Numbered from the stretch's first letter, positions 19,036 to 29,942 are shown. The stretch: DNA of 31,909 nucleotides from Snowella sp. (GCA_035285545.1 JAYKGY010000147.1:1-31909), one strand, 5' to 3'. Translations and numbers: made by a program. The notes: generated by a model not told the origin, from the sequence alone.

Positions 19036-19905
19036 TTAACAACGAGAAAAAATCTGTTGAATCATGCGCTGAGCTTGCGATCCATAGCCTCCACCAAACA
19101 AATTAAAGTGGTTCAGAATGTGATAAAGATTATACAAAGTTTTCCGTTGAGAATAGCCCTCATCTAAAGGAAAAACGTTGTTATAACCCTGATAAAAGGC
19201 CCTCGGAAAGCCCCCAAATAATTCCGTCATGGCCATATCCACTTCGCGATCGCCCCAGTAGGCCGCTGGATCAAAAATAATCGGTTCCCCTGTTCTTAAA
19301 ATCGCCGCATTTCCTGACCATAAATCCCCATGTACTAAGGACGGTTGCGGGTTCCTATCGGCTAAATAAGCCCGTGTTTTTTCAATCACTTCTTGAACAT
19401 TGCCAAAATTTCCGCCCTTACGTTGAGCCAGTTTTAACTGATAACCGATGCGATATTCAGCAAAAAAATCGGCCCAATCATTTGTCCAAGGGTTAACTTG
19501 CGGCGTGGAACCAATGGTATTATCCCGATCCCAGCCAAATTGAGTTGAACCTGTATAAAGGTGCATCGCTGCTAATTGTCGCCCCATCTCTGTCCAACCG
19601 CTTGTCGTGCCGCTTCCCATTTCTAAATTTTCTAAAACCAAATAACAGGAACGTTCTGCAATGCCCCAACAAATCACCTGGGGAACTCGGATCGTCTGCG
19701 TTGCTAACATTTGTTGCAATCCCAACGCTTCAGCCACAAACATTTCCTGTTGAGAAGCCTGATTGATTTTGACAAAATAGCTTAAGCCCTTACCCGACAC
19801 GGTATAACCTTGATTGATACAGCCCCCACTAACAGAGCGTTTTTGTTCAATTTCAAACGGTTGCTGAATAGCTTGGCTAATTTGTTGCGCGATCGCTGAC
19901 CACAT
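19036..19905 (-). CDS. fructosamine kinase family protein
   Basis: SGGCIN, FVKIN, LVHGDLWSGN, FDPA, DREVDMAM, LNHFNLFG. ATG at 19905. Confidence 0.93.
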   Translation of the reverse strand: MWSAIAQQISQAIQQPFEIEQKRSVSGGCINQGYTVSGKGLSYFVKINQASQQEMFVAEALGLQQMLATQTIRVPQVICWGIAERSCYLVLENLEMGSGTTSGWTEMGRQLAAMHLYTGSTQFGWDRDNTIGSTPQVNPWTNDWADFFAEYRIGYQLKLAQRKGGNFGNVQEVIEKTRAYLADRNPQPSLVHGDLWSGNAAILRTGEPIIFDPAAYWGDREVDMAMTELFGGFPRAFYQGYNNVFPLDEGYSQRKTLYNLYHILNHFNLFGGGYGSQAQRMIQQIFSRC

Positions 19906-19981
19906 GGCATACACTCAAAACGTTTTCCTGTTATCCTACATTTTCCCTAAGTCAGTAACAATAACACCGCGTTAATTCACC

Positions 19982-20004
19982 AAAAAAGGGGCATCGTGTA
20001 CCCC
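19982..20004 (-). terminator. intrinsic terminator after the Mn-catalase gene
   Basis: Minus strand GGGGTA-CACGA-TGCCCC-TTTTTT. Confidence 0.55.
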
Positions 20005-20014
20005 CAAATCAAAG

Positions 20015-20049
20015 AATTATTAACTATTCACTATTAACTATTCATTAAT
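20015..20049. repeat. short heptamer tandem repeat (STRR-like)
   Basis: AATTATT AACTATT CACTATT AACTATT CATTAAT, overlapping the catalase stop codon. Confidence 0.5.
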
Positions 20050-20728
20050 GCGTCTGCAAGGGATCGGCAATATATTGGAACTTCGGCTCGGAATTCCAAG
20101 GGCCGCGCTCATCTTGCCCATTTTGTGACAGATTATAGTAAATATTCACCGTACTATCTGGGGGAACATTGCCAAATAGCGGATCAGTCAATTTACCCAA
20201 AGAATCTAAGGCTTGCATAAACATTTCCGTATGGGAAATCTCCCGTGTCAGCAAGTAAACCAGCGATCGCTTTGTTCCTGGATCAGGCGCGAGTTTGACT
20301 AATTCCTCATAGGTTTGACGCGCACCCCCTTCAGCCCCAATATTTGCCCGTAAGTCACGAACGAGATCTCCTCCTTCATTAACGTAGGCAGCCGTCCAAG
20401 ATTGACCTTGACTATCTAATAAATGGGGGCCAACGCCTCGGACAGCAAATAGGGTACTTTTATAGGCTTCTGTCTGATCCGTATTTTTGGTATGAGCCTC
20501 AATGAGTTTGCCGACAACTTCTAAGTGGCTAAATTCTTCAATGGCAATATCCTGTAACATATCGCGGATGCCAGGATGCTCACAGTGAAACGATTGCGTC
20601 CAATACTGTAAAGCGGCCGTTAATTCTCCCGTTGCACCGCCAAATTGCTCTAATAATAACTGAGCAAATCGCGGATTCGGTTGATCGACTTTAACGGTCT
20701 GAATCGTTTCTTTTTTATGAAAAAACAT
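20045..20728 (-). CDS. katB: manganese catalase (KatB-like)
   Basis: EQFGGATGELTAALQY, DIAIEEFSHLE, DLRANIGAE, REISH dimanganese ligands. Confidence 0.9.
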   Translation of the reverse strand: MFFHKKETIQTVKVDQPNPRFAQLLLEQFGGATGELTAALQYWTQSFHCEHPGIRDMLQDIAIEEFSHLEVVGKLIEAHTKNTDQTEAYKSTLFAVRGVGPHLLDSQGQSWTAAYVNEGGDLVRDLRANIGAEGGARQTYEELVKLAPDPGTKRSLVYLLTREISHTEMFMQALDSLGKLTDPLFGNVPPDSTVNIYYNLSQNGQDERGPWNSEPKFQYIADPLQTH

Positions 20729-21008
20729 GATTTTATTGTCCTTTTTGGGCCAAGATGGTGATCAGTTTAAGCATCTAAAAAATATTTAATGCCTCATTCT
20801 AAAGCCAGCTTAAAAAGTTAATTTTATAAAAGCCTCGCGCCCAAGACAGAGATAAAAGTAAGATGGAGAAAATTTTTGCATGATGTTAGGAAAATAGACT
20901 TATTCCTCTCTCATTACTTATCTTTCTTTTATCACCAATTGACTTTCTAGACCGATATTTTCTTCGGGAAATCGTTAATTTGAGGTGCCCTTTAGCAAAA
21001 CTCTCATG

Positions 21009-21036
21009 AAAAAAGGATGGTCTTTAAACCATCCCC
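21009..21036 (-). terminator. intrinsic terminator after ftsH3
   Basis: Minus strand GGATGG-TTTAAAGA-CCATCC-TTTTTT. Confidence 0.7.
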
Positions 21037-21067
21037 TTCCGTTGAGTTAATTGGCAATTTTGAGGAA

Positions 21068-22918
21068 TTAAGCTAAAGCTGCCATTTTCACGTCATTACT
21101 AGACAAAATTTCTTGGAGTTCTTCCGAGTCAACCGTTTCTTTTTCAACCAAGAGTTCAGCTAACTTGTCCAAAATGGAACGATTGTTTACTAAAACGTCT
21201 TTAGCCCGTTGATAAGCTTGGTCTACCAATTGACGAACTTCTTCATCAATCGTTGCTGCGGTTTCATCAGAAAAGTCACGGTCAGACGCAATATCCCGCC
21301 CCATGAACACCCCACCATTTTGTCGTCCTAAAGCAACTGGGCCAAGGCGATCGCTCATGCCAAATCGAGTAATCATCTGACGAGCAACCCGCGCCACCTG
21401 CTGTAAATCATTGGAAGCTCCAGTGGTGACTTCTTCTTCCCCAAAGATAATTTCTTCCGCAATCCGACCACCCAAGGCAACGGCCATTTGATTTTGCAGA
21501 TAGGAGCGAGAATATAAACCCGATTCCATGCGGTCTTCACTGGGCGTAAACCAAGTTAAGCCACCGGCACGACCACGGGGAATAATACTAATTTTTTGAA
21601 CGGGGTCATAATCAGGCATTAAAGCACCGACTAAGGCATGACCTGCTTCGTGGTAAGCCACTAAGGTTTTGCGTTTTTCGCTCATTACCCGATTCTTTTT
21701 CTCTGGGCCGGCTAGGACGCGATCGATCGCATCATTCACTTCATCCATTGAGATTTCGGTTAAGTTACGACGGGCTGCCAAGATAGCCGCTTCATTTAAT
21801 AAGTTGGATAAGTCGGCTCCTGTAAAGCCAGGGGTACGACGAGCAATTTTATCGAGATCTACATCTTTTGATAGGGTCTTACCACGAGCGTGAACATTGA
21901 GAATTTCTTTACGACCTGCGTAATCGGGGCGATCAACCACTACTTGACGGTCAAAACGACCTGGGCGTAATAAAGCAGAATCGAGAACATCAGGACGGTT
22001 GGTGGCCGCAATAATGATGATGCCCGTATTCCCTTCAAAACCATCCATTTCCGTTAAGAGTTGGTTTAAGGTCTGTTCCCGTTCATCGTTACCGCCACCG
22101 AGACCGGCACCCCGTTGACGACCGACTGCATCAATTTCATCGATGAAGACGATACAAGGCGCACTAGCTTTGGCTTGTTCAAAAAGGTCACGGACGCGAG
22201 AAGCACCCACCCCGACGAACATTTCCACAAATTCAGAACCAGAGATCGAGAAGAAAGGAACCCCTGCTTCTCCTGCAACGGCTTTGGCTAAAAGGGTTTT
22301 TCCTGTTCCAGGCGGGCCGACTAATAAAACCCCTTTCGGAATTTTTGCGCCAATAGCGGTGAAGCGATCAGCATTTTTCAAAAAGTCAACCACTTCAGCC
22401 AGTTCTAACTTGGCTTGTTCAATCCCTGCCACATCACCAAAGGTCACTTGGGTTTGGGGTTCCATTTGCACTCTGGCTTTGGATTTCCCGAAGTTCATGG
22501 CTTGAGAACCGGGGCCGCTTTGAGCGCGACGTAATAAAAGGAAAAGACCGACTAATAAAAGGATGGGTAAGAATAAGCTGCTGGCAACCCGTAACCAGAA
22601 ACTATCATCGCTCTGGGGCTGAACGGCAATATCGACACCATTTTTCGTCAGAATATTAATAAGGTCGGGGTCATTGGGCAGATTAACGAGGAAAGGCTGT
22701 CCCCCTGAAGGGTTGGGAACTTGCGCTTGGGTTCGGTCTGCACTAAGATTTACCCGATCAATTTTTTTAGTTTCAACTTGATGTATAAAATCGCTATAAC
22801 TTAAAACTTCTCGGCTTTGGGGCTGTCTGTCTAAAAATGCGGAAGCGAGAGCAAGAACGACAATTAGAAGTAGGGCATACAGTCCAGCATTACGCCATTT
22901 TTTATTATTTTTGTTCAC
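21068..22918 (-). CDS. ftsH3: ATP-dependent zinc metalloprotease FtsH3
   Basis: Two TM segments, [29 protein letters not shown] and HEAGH. N-terminus KKWRNAGLY is typical of the FtsH3 clade; GTG start. Confidence 0.95.
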   Translation of the reverse strand: MNKNNKKWRNAGLYALLLIVVLALASAFLDRQPQSREVLSYSDFIHQVETKKIDRVNLSADRTQAQVPNPSGGQPFLVNLPNDPDLINILTKNGVDIAVQPQSDDSFWLRVASSLFLPILLLVGLFLLLRRAQSGPGSQAMNFGKSKARVQMEPQTQVTFGDVAGIEQAKLELAEVVDFLKNADRFTAIGAKIPKGVLLVGPPGTGKTLLAKAVAGEAGVPFFSISGSEFVEMFVGVGASRVRDLFEQAKASAPCIVFIDEIDAVGRQRGAGLGGGNDEREQTLNQLLTEMDGFEGNTGIIIIAATNRPDVLDSALLRPGRFDRQVVVDRPDYAGRKEILNVHARGKTLSKDVDLDKIARRTPGFTGADLSNLLNEAAILAARRNLTEISMDEVNDAIDRVLAGPEKKNRVMSEKRKTLVAYHEAGHALVGALMPDYDPVQKISIIPRGRAGGLTWFTPSEDRMESGLYSRSYLQNQMAVALGGRIAEEIIFGEEEVTTGASNDLQQVARVARQMITRFGMSDRLGPVALGRQNGGVFMGRDIASDRDFSDETAATIDEEVRQLVDQAYQRAKDVLVNNRSILDKLAELLVEKETVDSEELQEILSSNDVKMAALA

Positions 22919-22996
22919 GCGGTGTTTCTCCTAGAGAGTAGAGATTAGGATGATTATTTAGGGGATTAAAAGATAAATCAGGGCAATCCATGAGTG

Positions 22997-23014
22997 CTTG
23001 TTAACTTATGTTAA
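22997..23014 (-). promoter_or_regulatory. putative HLR1 (RpaB-binding) direct repeat upstream of ftsH3
   Basis: Minus strand TTAACATA-AG-TTAACAAG: two imperfect (G/T)TTACA(T/A)(T/A) octamers spaced by 2 nt, about 80 nt upstream of the start. Confidence 0.5.
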
Positions 23015-23202
23015 CCTTTCTCAGAAAGAATTGACTAGAAGATTGCCAAAATTCCCAGGATGGTGTTTAGGGGGAATGGAGATCAGTAAGAACGCTACTA
23101 AGAGCGATGAAACATCTTGTTTTCGGATTGAGTCTTTAGCCAAAGAAGAAAACTCCGTTTTTAAAATAGGAACAAGCCACGTTAGGGAGACCACTGCTGG
23201 AT

Positions 23203-23748
23203 ATGAGGAATGTCATTACGGTTGTTGCTTTAATGGTTTCAATAATCGGTATTTTTGTTTCGCTAGCGCGGGAAGAGTTGCGTTGTCGTCTGGGTTTACA
23301 GTCTGCTGAATGCCGATCATTTATCCCTAATTCTAATGAATTAACCAATCATTCTAAGCCAACGTCTCCAAATGTAAAGGAGTCCCTATCGGAGTCATCT
23401 ACTACGCCGCTAGTAACCCCTCGACAGTCATCTACCGAGTCGCGATCGCCGGAAAAAAATGCTGAACCCACTCCAGAAACCTCCGGGACTAAAATTTTGA
23501 AATCGACGGGGGAAAAACTGACTCAGCCAACCGAAGGGGTTAATCCTGAAGCCTCTCCTGCGGAAAGTTCAGTCAACCAAGTTTCTCCCCCCCAAACCGC
23601 TGATGCTGCGCCCCCTCCTCAGGAATCCGGTCAGCTTGAACCGAAACCCGATCCAGCGATCGCTCATGAGCAAAAACCAGACCCCCCCCAATCTCACGAG
23701 AATCAGCCCATTCAAGTGATTCCTCCAACGGAAAGCCCTCAACCTTAA
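23203..23748 (+). CDS. hypothetical membrane-anchored Pro/Ser/Glu-rich protein
   Basis: N-terminal hydrophobic helix, SLAREELRCRLGL...C motif, then a low-complexity tail. Confidence 0.75.
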   Translation: MRNVITVVALMVSIIGIFVSLAREELRCRLGLQSAECRSFIPNSNELTNHSKPTSPNVKESLSESSTTPLVTPRQSSTESRSPEKNAEPTPETSGTKILKSTGEKLTQPTEGVNPEASPAESSVNQVSPPQTADAAPPPQESGQLEPKPDPAIAHEQKPDPPQSHENQPIQVIPPTESPQP

Positions 23749-23786
23749 TCTTCTCTTAAAACTAATCCGAAAAAAGCCTTAAGTTC

Positions 23787-23838
23787 AGATAGAAAAATAA
23801 AAGTTACCCTTAAAATTAAGGGCAAATGTTTTTTATCT
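23787..23838. terminator. imperfect inverted repeat between the hypothetical gene and glgP (terminator or operator)
   Basis: Core TTACCCTTAA-AA-TTAAGGGCAA with A-rich left and T-rich right flanks, extending to AGATA.../...TATCT. Confidence 0.45.
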
Positions 23839-24010
23839 ATACATTGTTTTATCTTCTGTTCTCGGCCAATTTTTACCGTCATTCAGCGAGAAATGCTGAT
23901 TAAAACATTTTTAATGAATCTCATTAACTAATACTTAAAATTACGGCTTTTCCAGAATTCATTTTTCTTAATTCTTCAAATCTCTTACACTCACTACCCT
24001 TAGGCTGTCT

Positions 24011-26590
24011 ATGGATTTATTAACGTCCTTCTCCCAAATTACCGTTGAAGATGACCGCACGGGTTTAAGTATTACCACCTTAAAGCGCGCCCTGGCTGAT
24101 AATTTGTTTTATCTTCAAGGGAAGTTTCCTGGAATTGCGACGAAACATGATTGCTATATGGCTTTAGCCTATACTATCCGCGATCGCCTCCTGCAACGCT
24201 GGCTGAATACCAATCAAACCTATCTGACAACGGATCACAAAATTGTTTGTTATCTCTCAGCCGAATTTCTAGTGGGCCCCCACTTAGGCAATAACTTAAT
24301 CAACTTAGGGATTTGGGAACCCGTTCAACAAGCGGTAGAGGAATCAGGCTTAGACCTCGAAGAATTAATCAATCTAGAAGAAGAGCCAGGTTTAGGTAAT
24401 GGGGGCTTAGGTCGTTTAGCCGCTTGCTACATGGATTCTTTGGCTACTTTGGAAATTCCCGCGATCGGCTATGGTATCCGCTACGAATTTGGCATTTTTG
24501 ATCAAATCATTAAAGACGGTTGGCAAATTGAAATTACGGATAAATGGTTGCAATATGGCAATCCTTGGGAATTAGCCCGACCCGAAGCCGCCGTTAAGGT
24601 TAAATTTGGGGGATATACCGAATCCTATACCGATGAGGAGGGAGAATATCGGGTGCGCTGGGTTCCCAATCATGAAGTTCAAGGGATTCCCTACGATACA
24701 CCGATTTTAGGCTATAAAGTCAATACTGCGAATACCATGCGGCTCTGGAAAGCGGAAGCGGCAGAATCCTTCAATTTTCAACGCTTTAATGTGGGGGATT
24801 ACTATGGAGCCGTTAACGATAAAGTTGCTTCAGAAAATTTGACAAAAGTTCTCTATCCCAACGACGAACAAATCCAAGGTAAAGAACTGCGATTAATGCA
24901 GCAATTTTTCTTTGTTTCCTGTTCTCTACAGGATATGATTCGCATTCATCTGTTTAAGCGGGATTCTTTGGAAACCTTTGCGGAAAATTTCTCGGTGCAG
25001 CTAAATGATACCCATCCCGCCATTAGTGTGGCTGAGTTAATGCGTTTATTGGTGGATGAGCATCACTTAACTTGGGAAAAAGCTTGGGAAATTACCCAAA
25101 AAACCTTGAGCTACACCAATCATACGCTGTTGCCTGAAGCCTTAGAAAAATGGTCATTAAAACTATTTGGATCGTTGCTGCCCCGCCATTTAGAAATTAT
25201 CTATGAAATCAATCAACGCTTTCTGGATCAGGTACGTCTGCGCTATCCTAATAATCCTCAAAAATTAGCGAGTTTATCACTCATTGATGAAACAGGGGAA
25301 AAATATGTGCGGATGGCCAATTTAGCGTGTGTGGGTTCCCATGCCATTAATGGGGTTGCAGCGTTGCATTCTAAGTTGCTAACGGAAACGACATTGCGAG
25401 ATTTTTATGAACTTTGGCCCCATAAATTTAGTAATAAAACCAATGGGGTAACGCCACGTCGTTGGATTGTGTTGAGTAATCCCAAATTAAGTCAATTAAT
25501 TACGGACAAGATTGGAGACAGTTGGATCAAAAATCTCGATCAATTAAGACAGTTAGAAAGTTGTGCCGAAGATAGTCAATTCCGTTCCCAATGGCGGCAG
25601 ATTAAACGCAGTGTTAAGCAGGATTTAGCCCGTTACATTGAACAAAAAAATAGCATTATTGTCGATCCTGATTCAATTTTTGATGTTCAGGTAAAACGGA
25701 TTCATGAATATAAGCGGCAACATTTGAACGTACTGCATATTATTCATTTGTATCTACAGTTAAAAAATAATCCTGATTTAGACATTGCGCCTCGAACTTT
25801 TATCTTTGGCGGAAAAGCGGCTCCAGGTTACTTCATGGCGAAGTTAATCATTAAGTTTATTAACTCCGTAGCTGATATGGTCAACCGTGATCCCTTCATC
25901 CGCGATCGCCTCAAAGTCGTTTTCTTGAGTGATTACAATGTCAAATTAGGGCAACGGGTCTATCCCGCAGCCGATTTATCGGAGCAGATTTCCACCGCCG
26001 GCAAAGAAGCATCGGGAACGGGCAATATGAAGTTTTCCATGAATGGGGCCTTAACCATTGGCACTTTAGACGGAGCGAATGTGGAAATTCGAGAAGAAGT
26101 CGGTGCAGAGAACTTTTTCCTATTTGGCTTAAAAGCCGAAGAAGTCTTGAAAAAACAGCAGGAAGGTTATCGTCCTTGGGAATATTACGAACAAAATGGA
26201 GAACTTAAAGCGGTCATTGATCTGATTAATTCAGGTTTCTTTGCCAATGGAGATGGGAATTTGTTCCGTCCCTTAACCGATTCTTTGCTGTATGCGGATC
26301 CTTACTTTTTATTGGCTGATTTTCAATCCTATGTGGACTGTCAAGACCAAGTGAGTCAGACCTATCAAAATCCCGATCATTGGTCAAAAATGTCGATTCT
26401 CAACGTTGCTCGTATGGGAAAATTTTCCTCTGATCGCTCGATCCGAGACTATTGCCAAGATATCTGGAATATTGATTCGGTTTTCGTGGAATTGCAGGAT
26501 CTCTGTCCAGATGGCCAGTGTTCACTTTTTTCCCATAACATTTTAGGAAAAACCGTTGAATCAGAGCGTCTCCCCTTTAAGATGACTTAG
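24011..26590 (+). CDS. glgP: glycogen phosphorylase (GlgP1-like, with Cys-x4-Cys tail)
   Basis: [38 protein letters not shown] (PLP lysine), GTLDGANVE. Confidence 0.97.
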   Translation: MDLLTSFSQITVEDDRTGLSITTLKRALADNLFYLQGKFPGIATKHDCYMALAYTIRDRLLQRWLNTNQTYLTTDHKIVCYLSAEFLVGPHLGNNLINLGIWEPVQQAVEESGLDLEELINLEEEPGLGNGGLGRLAACYMDSLATLEIPAIGYGIRYEFGIFDQIIKDGWQIEITDKWLQYGNPWELARPEAAVKVKFGGYTESYTDEEGEYRVRWVPNHEVQGIPYDTPILGYKVNTANTMRLWKAEAAESFNFQRFNVGDYYGAVNDKVASENLTKVLYPNDEQIQGKELRLMQQFFFVSCSLQDMIRIHLFKRDSLETFAENFSVQLNDTHPAISVAELMRLLVDEHHLTWEKAWEITQKTLSYTNHTLLPEALEKWSLKLFGSLLPRHLEIIYEINQRFLDQVRLRYPNNPQKLASLSLIDETGEKYVRMANLACVGSHAINGVAALHSKLLTETTLRDFYELWPHKFSNKTNGVTPRRWIVLSNPKLSQLITDKIGDSWIKNLDQLRQLESCAEDSQFRSQWRQIKRSVKQDLARYIEQKNSIIVDPDSIFDVQVKRIHEYKRQHLNVLHIIHLYLQLKNNPDLDIAPRTFIFGGKAAPGYFMAKLIIKFINSVADMVNRDPFIRDRLKVVFLSDYNVKLGQRVYPAADLSEQISTAGKEASGTGNMKFSMNGALTIGTLDGANVEIREEVGAENFFLFGLKAEEVLKKQQEGYRPWEYYEQNGELKAVIDLINSGFFANGDGNLFRPLTDSLLYADPYFLLADFQSYVDCQDQVSQTYQNPDHWSKMSILNVARMGKFSSDRSIRDYCQDIWNIDSVFVELQDLCPDGQCSLFSHNILGKTVESERLPFKMT

Positions 26591-27824
26591 GGGTCTGGCT
26601 GGGGTCATCCCTGCGGTAGTCGGTCATAAAGCTCAAAAGACGATGGGCTAATTCTAATTTGCGACAGGAATTAATCCGTTGTTGCTGCCCGTGTTTATCT
26701 AAAAAAACCGCTTCATTCGTATCCGAACCAAAACCGGCATTGTCTCGATCTATTGGGTTCGCCACAATCAGATCCAGCCCTTTTCGCTGTAATTTTTCCC
26801 TCGCAGGCGGAATAATATCCCCTGTTTGGGCCGCAAAACCGACAAGTATTTGATGGGGTTGCTTTAACTGGCTCAATCGCGCCACGATATCGGTTACGGA
26901 TTGCAACTCTAGGGCTGGGGGTAAGGCTTTTTTCGGTAATTTATCACTACTATAGTGAGCAGGTTTAACATCGGCGACCGCAGCGGCCATAAGGACATAA
27001 TCAGCTTGAGGGAGTTGTTGAATGAGGCTTTTCTCCATTTGCGCTGCACTCACAACGGGAATTCGTTGTAATCTTTCTGATGCGGGAATGGTTATTTCCG
27101 ATAGGGGCCCATGAACCAGGATGACGGACGCTCCCCGATCTAAGGCCGCTTGGGCGATCGCCAGGCCCATTTTTCCGGTAGAGGGATTGCCGATAAATCT
27201 CACTGGGTCTAAATATTCCCTGGTGCCTCCTGCGCTAATTAATAGGGTTTTTCCCTGTAAGTCTTGTTTGCCTTGGGTAAAGCTCAAGGATTCTAAGGCT
27301 TTTACAATAGCAATAGGTTCGGCTAAACGGCCACTCCCGACGCGATCGCAAGCCAATAATCCCGCACCAGGGCCGACAGAAAGATAGCGCGGATCCTGGG
27401 TTAATAGCTGCCAGTTTCGCTGTACAGCCGCCTGTTCCCACATTTCTGTATTCATGGCAGGAGCCAACAAAATGGGACAACGGGAAGCCAATACCGTATT
27501 GGTTAATAAATTATCCGCCATCCCATAGGCTAATTTAGCTAAAGTCTGAGCAGTGAGGGGAGCAATTAAAAACATCTCAGCCCATTCCCCTAATTCAATG
27601 TGGAGAGGACGGCGATAGAGCGGTTGCCAAAAGTCCTGATCCGTATAGGCTTGATGACGGCTGAGGGTTGCAACGGTCAGCGGTGTAATAAATTGTTGAG
27701 CCGTTTCCGTTAAGATCACCCGAACTTCGGCCCCTGCCTGAAACAATTGGGAAATGACTTCACAAACCTTATAGGCGGCGATTCCACCACTAATTCCGAC
27801 TAAGATCCGCTTTTGGCTCAACAT
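26577..27824 (-). CDS. coaBC: bifunctional phosphopantothenoylcysteine decarboxylase/ligase
   Basis: [55 protein letters not shown]. Confidence 0.96.
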   Translation of the reverse strand: MLSQKRILVGISGGIAAYKVCEVISQLFQAGAEVRVILTETAQQFITPLTVATLSRHQAYTDQDFWQPLYRRPLHIELGEWAEMFLIAPLTAQTLAKLAYGMADNLLTNTVLASRCPILLAPAMNTEMWEQAAVQRNWQLLTQDPRYLSVGPGAGLLACDRVGSGRLAEPIAIVKALESLSFTQGKQDLQGKTLLISAGGTREYLDPVRFIGNPSTGKMGLAIAQAALDRGASVILVHGPLSEITIPASERLQRIPVVSAAQMEKSLIQQLPQADYVLMAAAVADVKPAHYSSDKLPKKALPPALELQSVTDIVARLSQLKQPHQILVGFAAQTGDIIPPAREKLQRKGLDLIVANPIDRDNAGFGSDTNEAVFLDKHGQQQRINSCRKLELAHRLLSFMTDYRRDDPSQTPKSS

Positions 27825-27847
27825 TGCATTTTAAGTTTTTCCCATTT

Positions 27848-28060
27848 TTAAGATTCATCATAGGCTTCGATATCCAGCAAGTAGAGGTAAGGTTCAGCCA
27901 ATTCCTGTCGTTGAAACGCGATCGCGCGCAATAAATGCCAATCCTGTAAGGCTTCAAAGGGATTATTGTAGTCATCAGCTTCTAAACGTTGAGCTAAATG
28001 GGCGATATCTTCAGCCGTCATAGCCGAGATTTCCTGTGCCGAAAGCGTTAAAGCTGTCAT
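27848..28060 (-). CDS. isiD: DUF2555 family protein (IsiD-like)
   Basis: LAQRLEADDY..PF..LQDWHLLRAIAFQR. ATG at 28060 with an AAAGGAGG RBS; directly upstream of coaBC. Confidence 0.82.
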   Translation of the reverse strand: MTALTLSAQEISAMTAEDIAHLAQRLEADDYNNPFEALQDWHLLRAIAFQRQELAEPYLYLLDIEAYDES

Positions 28061-28207
28061 GATGTTACCTCCTTTGAGGCGATAGTTATGAAGTGCCCCC
28101 ACTTTTATCTTACAGTGATTTGAGGAGATACTCCGCGATTATTTAAGATTATGAAGGGGAACCCACCGACTAGATAGAAAAAAGAAATCTTAGGTAGTTA
28201 GGACACA

Positions 28208-29404
28208 TTAAAGCCCTAAAGATTGCTCAAAAGCTTCAATCACGACATTAGCAATTTCTTTAATACGATAACGACAAGCCATTGTTTCCGCAGAATTAAA
28301 TGTTCCTTTTTCCCAATATTTATTACTCCCTGCACCGCCACCGCACAATCCAAAATAATCACAGGTATTTCGGCAGCGTTCGACTCCTGCTTTCATATCC
28401 TGATAAATACTCAAAAATTTCTCGGTTTGACAGATCGATTCAAAACTGTCGGTTAAAACATTTCCAAAGACAAAATCACCATATTTTTCAGTTTTTACTG
28501 ATAATAATTCCGGATCAAAGGTAGAAAAATTTCCCTGATTATCAATACTGACAATGTCAAAGGGATGATTCATGTCGGTATGATTTAATCGTTCTTCTGT
28601 ATAAATTGAGCTACAAATGGCTTCAAATTCTCTGACTTGAAACTGTCCTTCAGTTTGAGTAGTTAACTCCCACAAGCGTTTAATAAAAGTGCGGTAACGC
28701 TCCAATGCGCCTGCTTTTTCCAGGGAAGATTTGAGGTGAATACCTTCGGTTTCTTCCATATTGAAACCCACATCCCGTAATCCCGAATCATAGAAAAATT
28801 GAAAAATTTCATCGGGATAGTTTAAAGAATCTTCCGTTAAAACCGCAATGACATTATGACAAATTTGATTATTCTGTAAGTATTTTACGCCTCGCATCGC
28901 CGCAGCATGACTTCCTAAACCTGATCGTGTTTTACGGTGAATATCATGGAGGAAAGCTGGGCCATCAATACTAACGCCTACATGAACGTTATATTCTTTA
29001 AATAAATCACACCATTCTTGATTGATTAAAATTCCATTAGTTTGAAAAGAATGATTATAGTAAAGATTTTTATGATTATATTTTTGGCTACATTCATCAA
29101 TGAGTTTAAATGCTTCTTGATAAAAGCTAATGGGAGATGCTAACGGTTCTCCTGCATGCCAACAAATTGTAAAGTTTTCTGTCGTAAAAGGGCTGGAAAA
29201 TATGGCTTTACAAATGGGTTCAATGAGTTCTAAGGAAAGCTGATTTTTTAAGTGGCGATCGGGTAAATAACAGTAATCACAATTGAGATTACAAAAAGAG
29301 GTTGGTTGAAGAATTACTAAGGTTGTTGGCCCAAAGTTTGACGTATCCAGAGAAACGGGTTGGGTTTGCAGAAGATTTTTGGGAGCAGATGAAGCTAGGG
29401 TCAT
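28208..29404 (-). CDS. grrM: cyclophane-forming radical SAM/SPASM peptide maturase GrrM/OscB
   Basis: QPTSFCNLNCDYCYLP, WHAGEPL, QTNG, SIDGP, GFNMEETEG, FSTFDPELL, CGGGAGSNKYWE; lies downstream of Gly-rich precursors. Confidence 0.93.
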   Translation of the reverse strand: MTLASSAPKNLLQTQPVSLDTSNFGPTTLVILQPTSFCNLNCDYCYLPDRHLKNQLSLELIEPICKAIFSSPFTTENFTICWHAGEPLASPISFYQEAFKLIDECSQKYNHKNLYYNHSFQTNGILINQEWCDLFKEYNVHVGVSIDGPAFLHDIHRKTRSGLGSHAAAMRGVKYLQNNQICHNVIAVLTEDSLNYPDEIFQFFYDSGLRDVGFNMEETEGIHLKSSLEKAGALERYRTFIKRLWELTTQTEGQFQVREFEAICSSIYTEERLNHTDMNHPFDIVSIDNQGNFSTFDPELLSVKTEKYGDFVFGNVLTDSFESICQTEKFLSIYQDMKAGVERCRNTCDYFGLCGGGAGSNKYWEKGTFNSAETMACRYRIKEIANVVIEAFEQSLGL

Positions 29405-29459
29405 ATTTTTATCATTTAAAAAAGGCTCTTTCGTATTTGTTTTTTATTGATTGTCAGGA

Positions 29460-29882
29460 TTAGCGAATTCCATAGACTCTAACCAATGCTCGCTTGTTAC
29501 CCAAAGATTTGGCTTCGTACCAAAATTCAATTTTTTGGATAATGCGATCGCCACCTTTTAGATCAATAATCCGTGATTCTCCTCCAGCAGGAATTGATTG
29601 ACGAACCTCAATTTTGTCGGCATCACCATTCCCATAATGAACGACTAAGCGAAGAATTTGAATAGCTTGTTCTTTAACGCGAAATTGAATACGGCGGAAA
29701 TTTCCTCTGGCAATCGTTACAGGAATTGTGTCATGGTCTAGCTTGTCTGCTACGATTCGTTCCCCTAGTAAGACCCAATTTGCTTTTGCTTCTACCTGAC
29801 TCAACAATGGCCATTGTTTTTGAGTACCGACAGATATAACCATTAAACCCGCTATTACCAAGCTGGCGATCATTTTTTTCAT
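29460..29882 (-). CDS. secreted DUF2541-like beta-sandwich protein
   Basis: Signal-peptide-like MKKMIASLVIAGLMVISV, then W.LLGER...DHDTI.V...YGNG...SRIIDL.GG.R.I..I.FWY...V.VYG. ATG at 29882. Confidence 0.72.
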   Translation of the reverse strand: MKKMIASLVIAGLMVISVGTQKQWPLLSQVEAKANWVLLGERIVADKLDHDTIPVTIARGNFRRIQFRVKEQAIQILRLVVHYGNGDADKIEVRQSIPAGGESRIIDLKGGDRIIQKIEFWYEAKSLGNKRALVRVYGIR

Positions 29883-29916
29883 GGTACGCTCTATAATTTT
29901 CAAACGTTTATTGAGA

Positions 29917-29942
29917 GGGACTAGATTGATTTAACCCGTCCC
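29917..29942 (-). other. stem-loop downstream of the second precursor gene
   Basis: Minus strand GGGAC-GGGTT-AAATC-AATCT-A-GTCCC; no strong U-tract. Confidence 0.45.

Noticed and set aside
20845..20930. Purine-rich/pyrimidine-rich imperfect inverted repeat upstream of the Mn-catalase gene
   Set aside because: Pairing needs many gaps and is explainable by low complexity.
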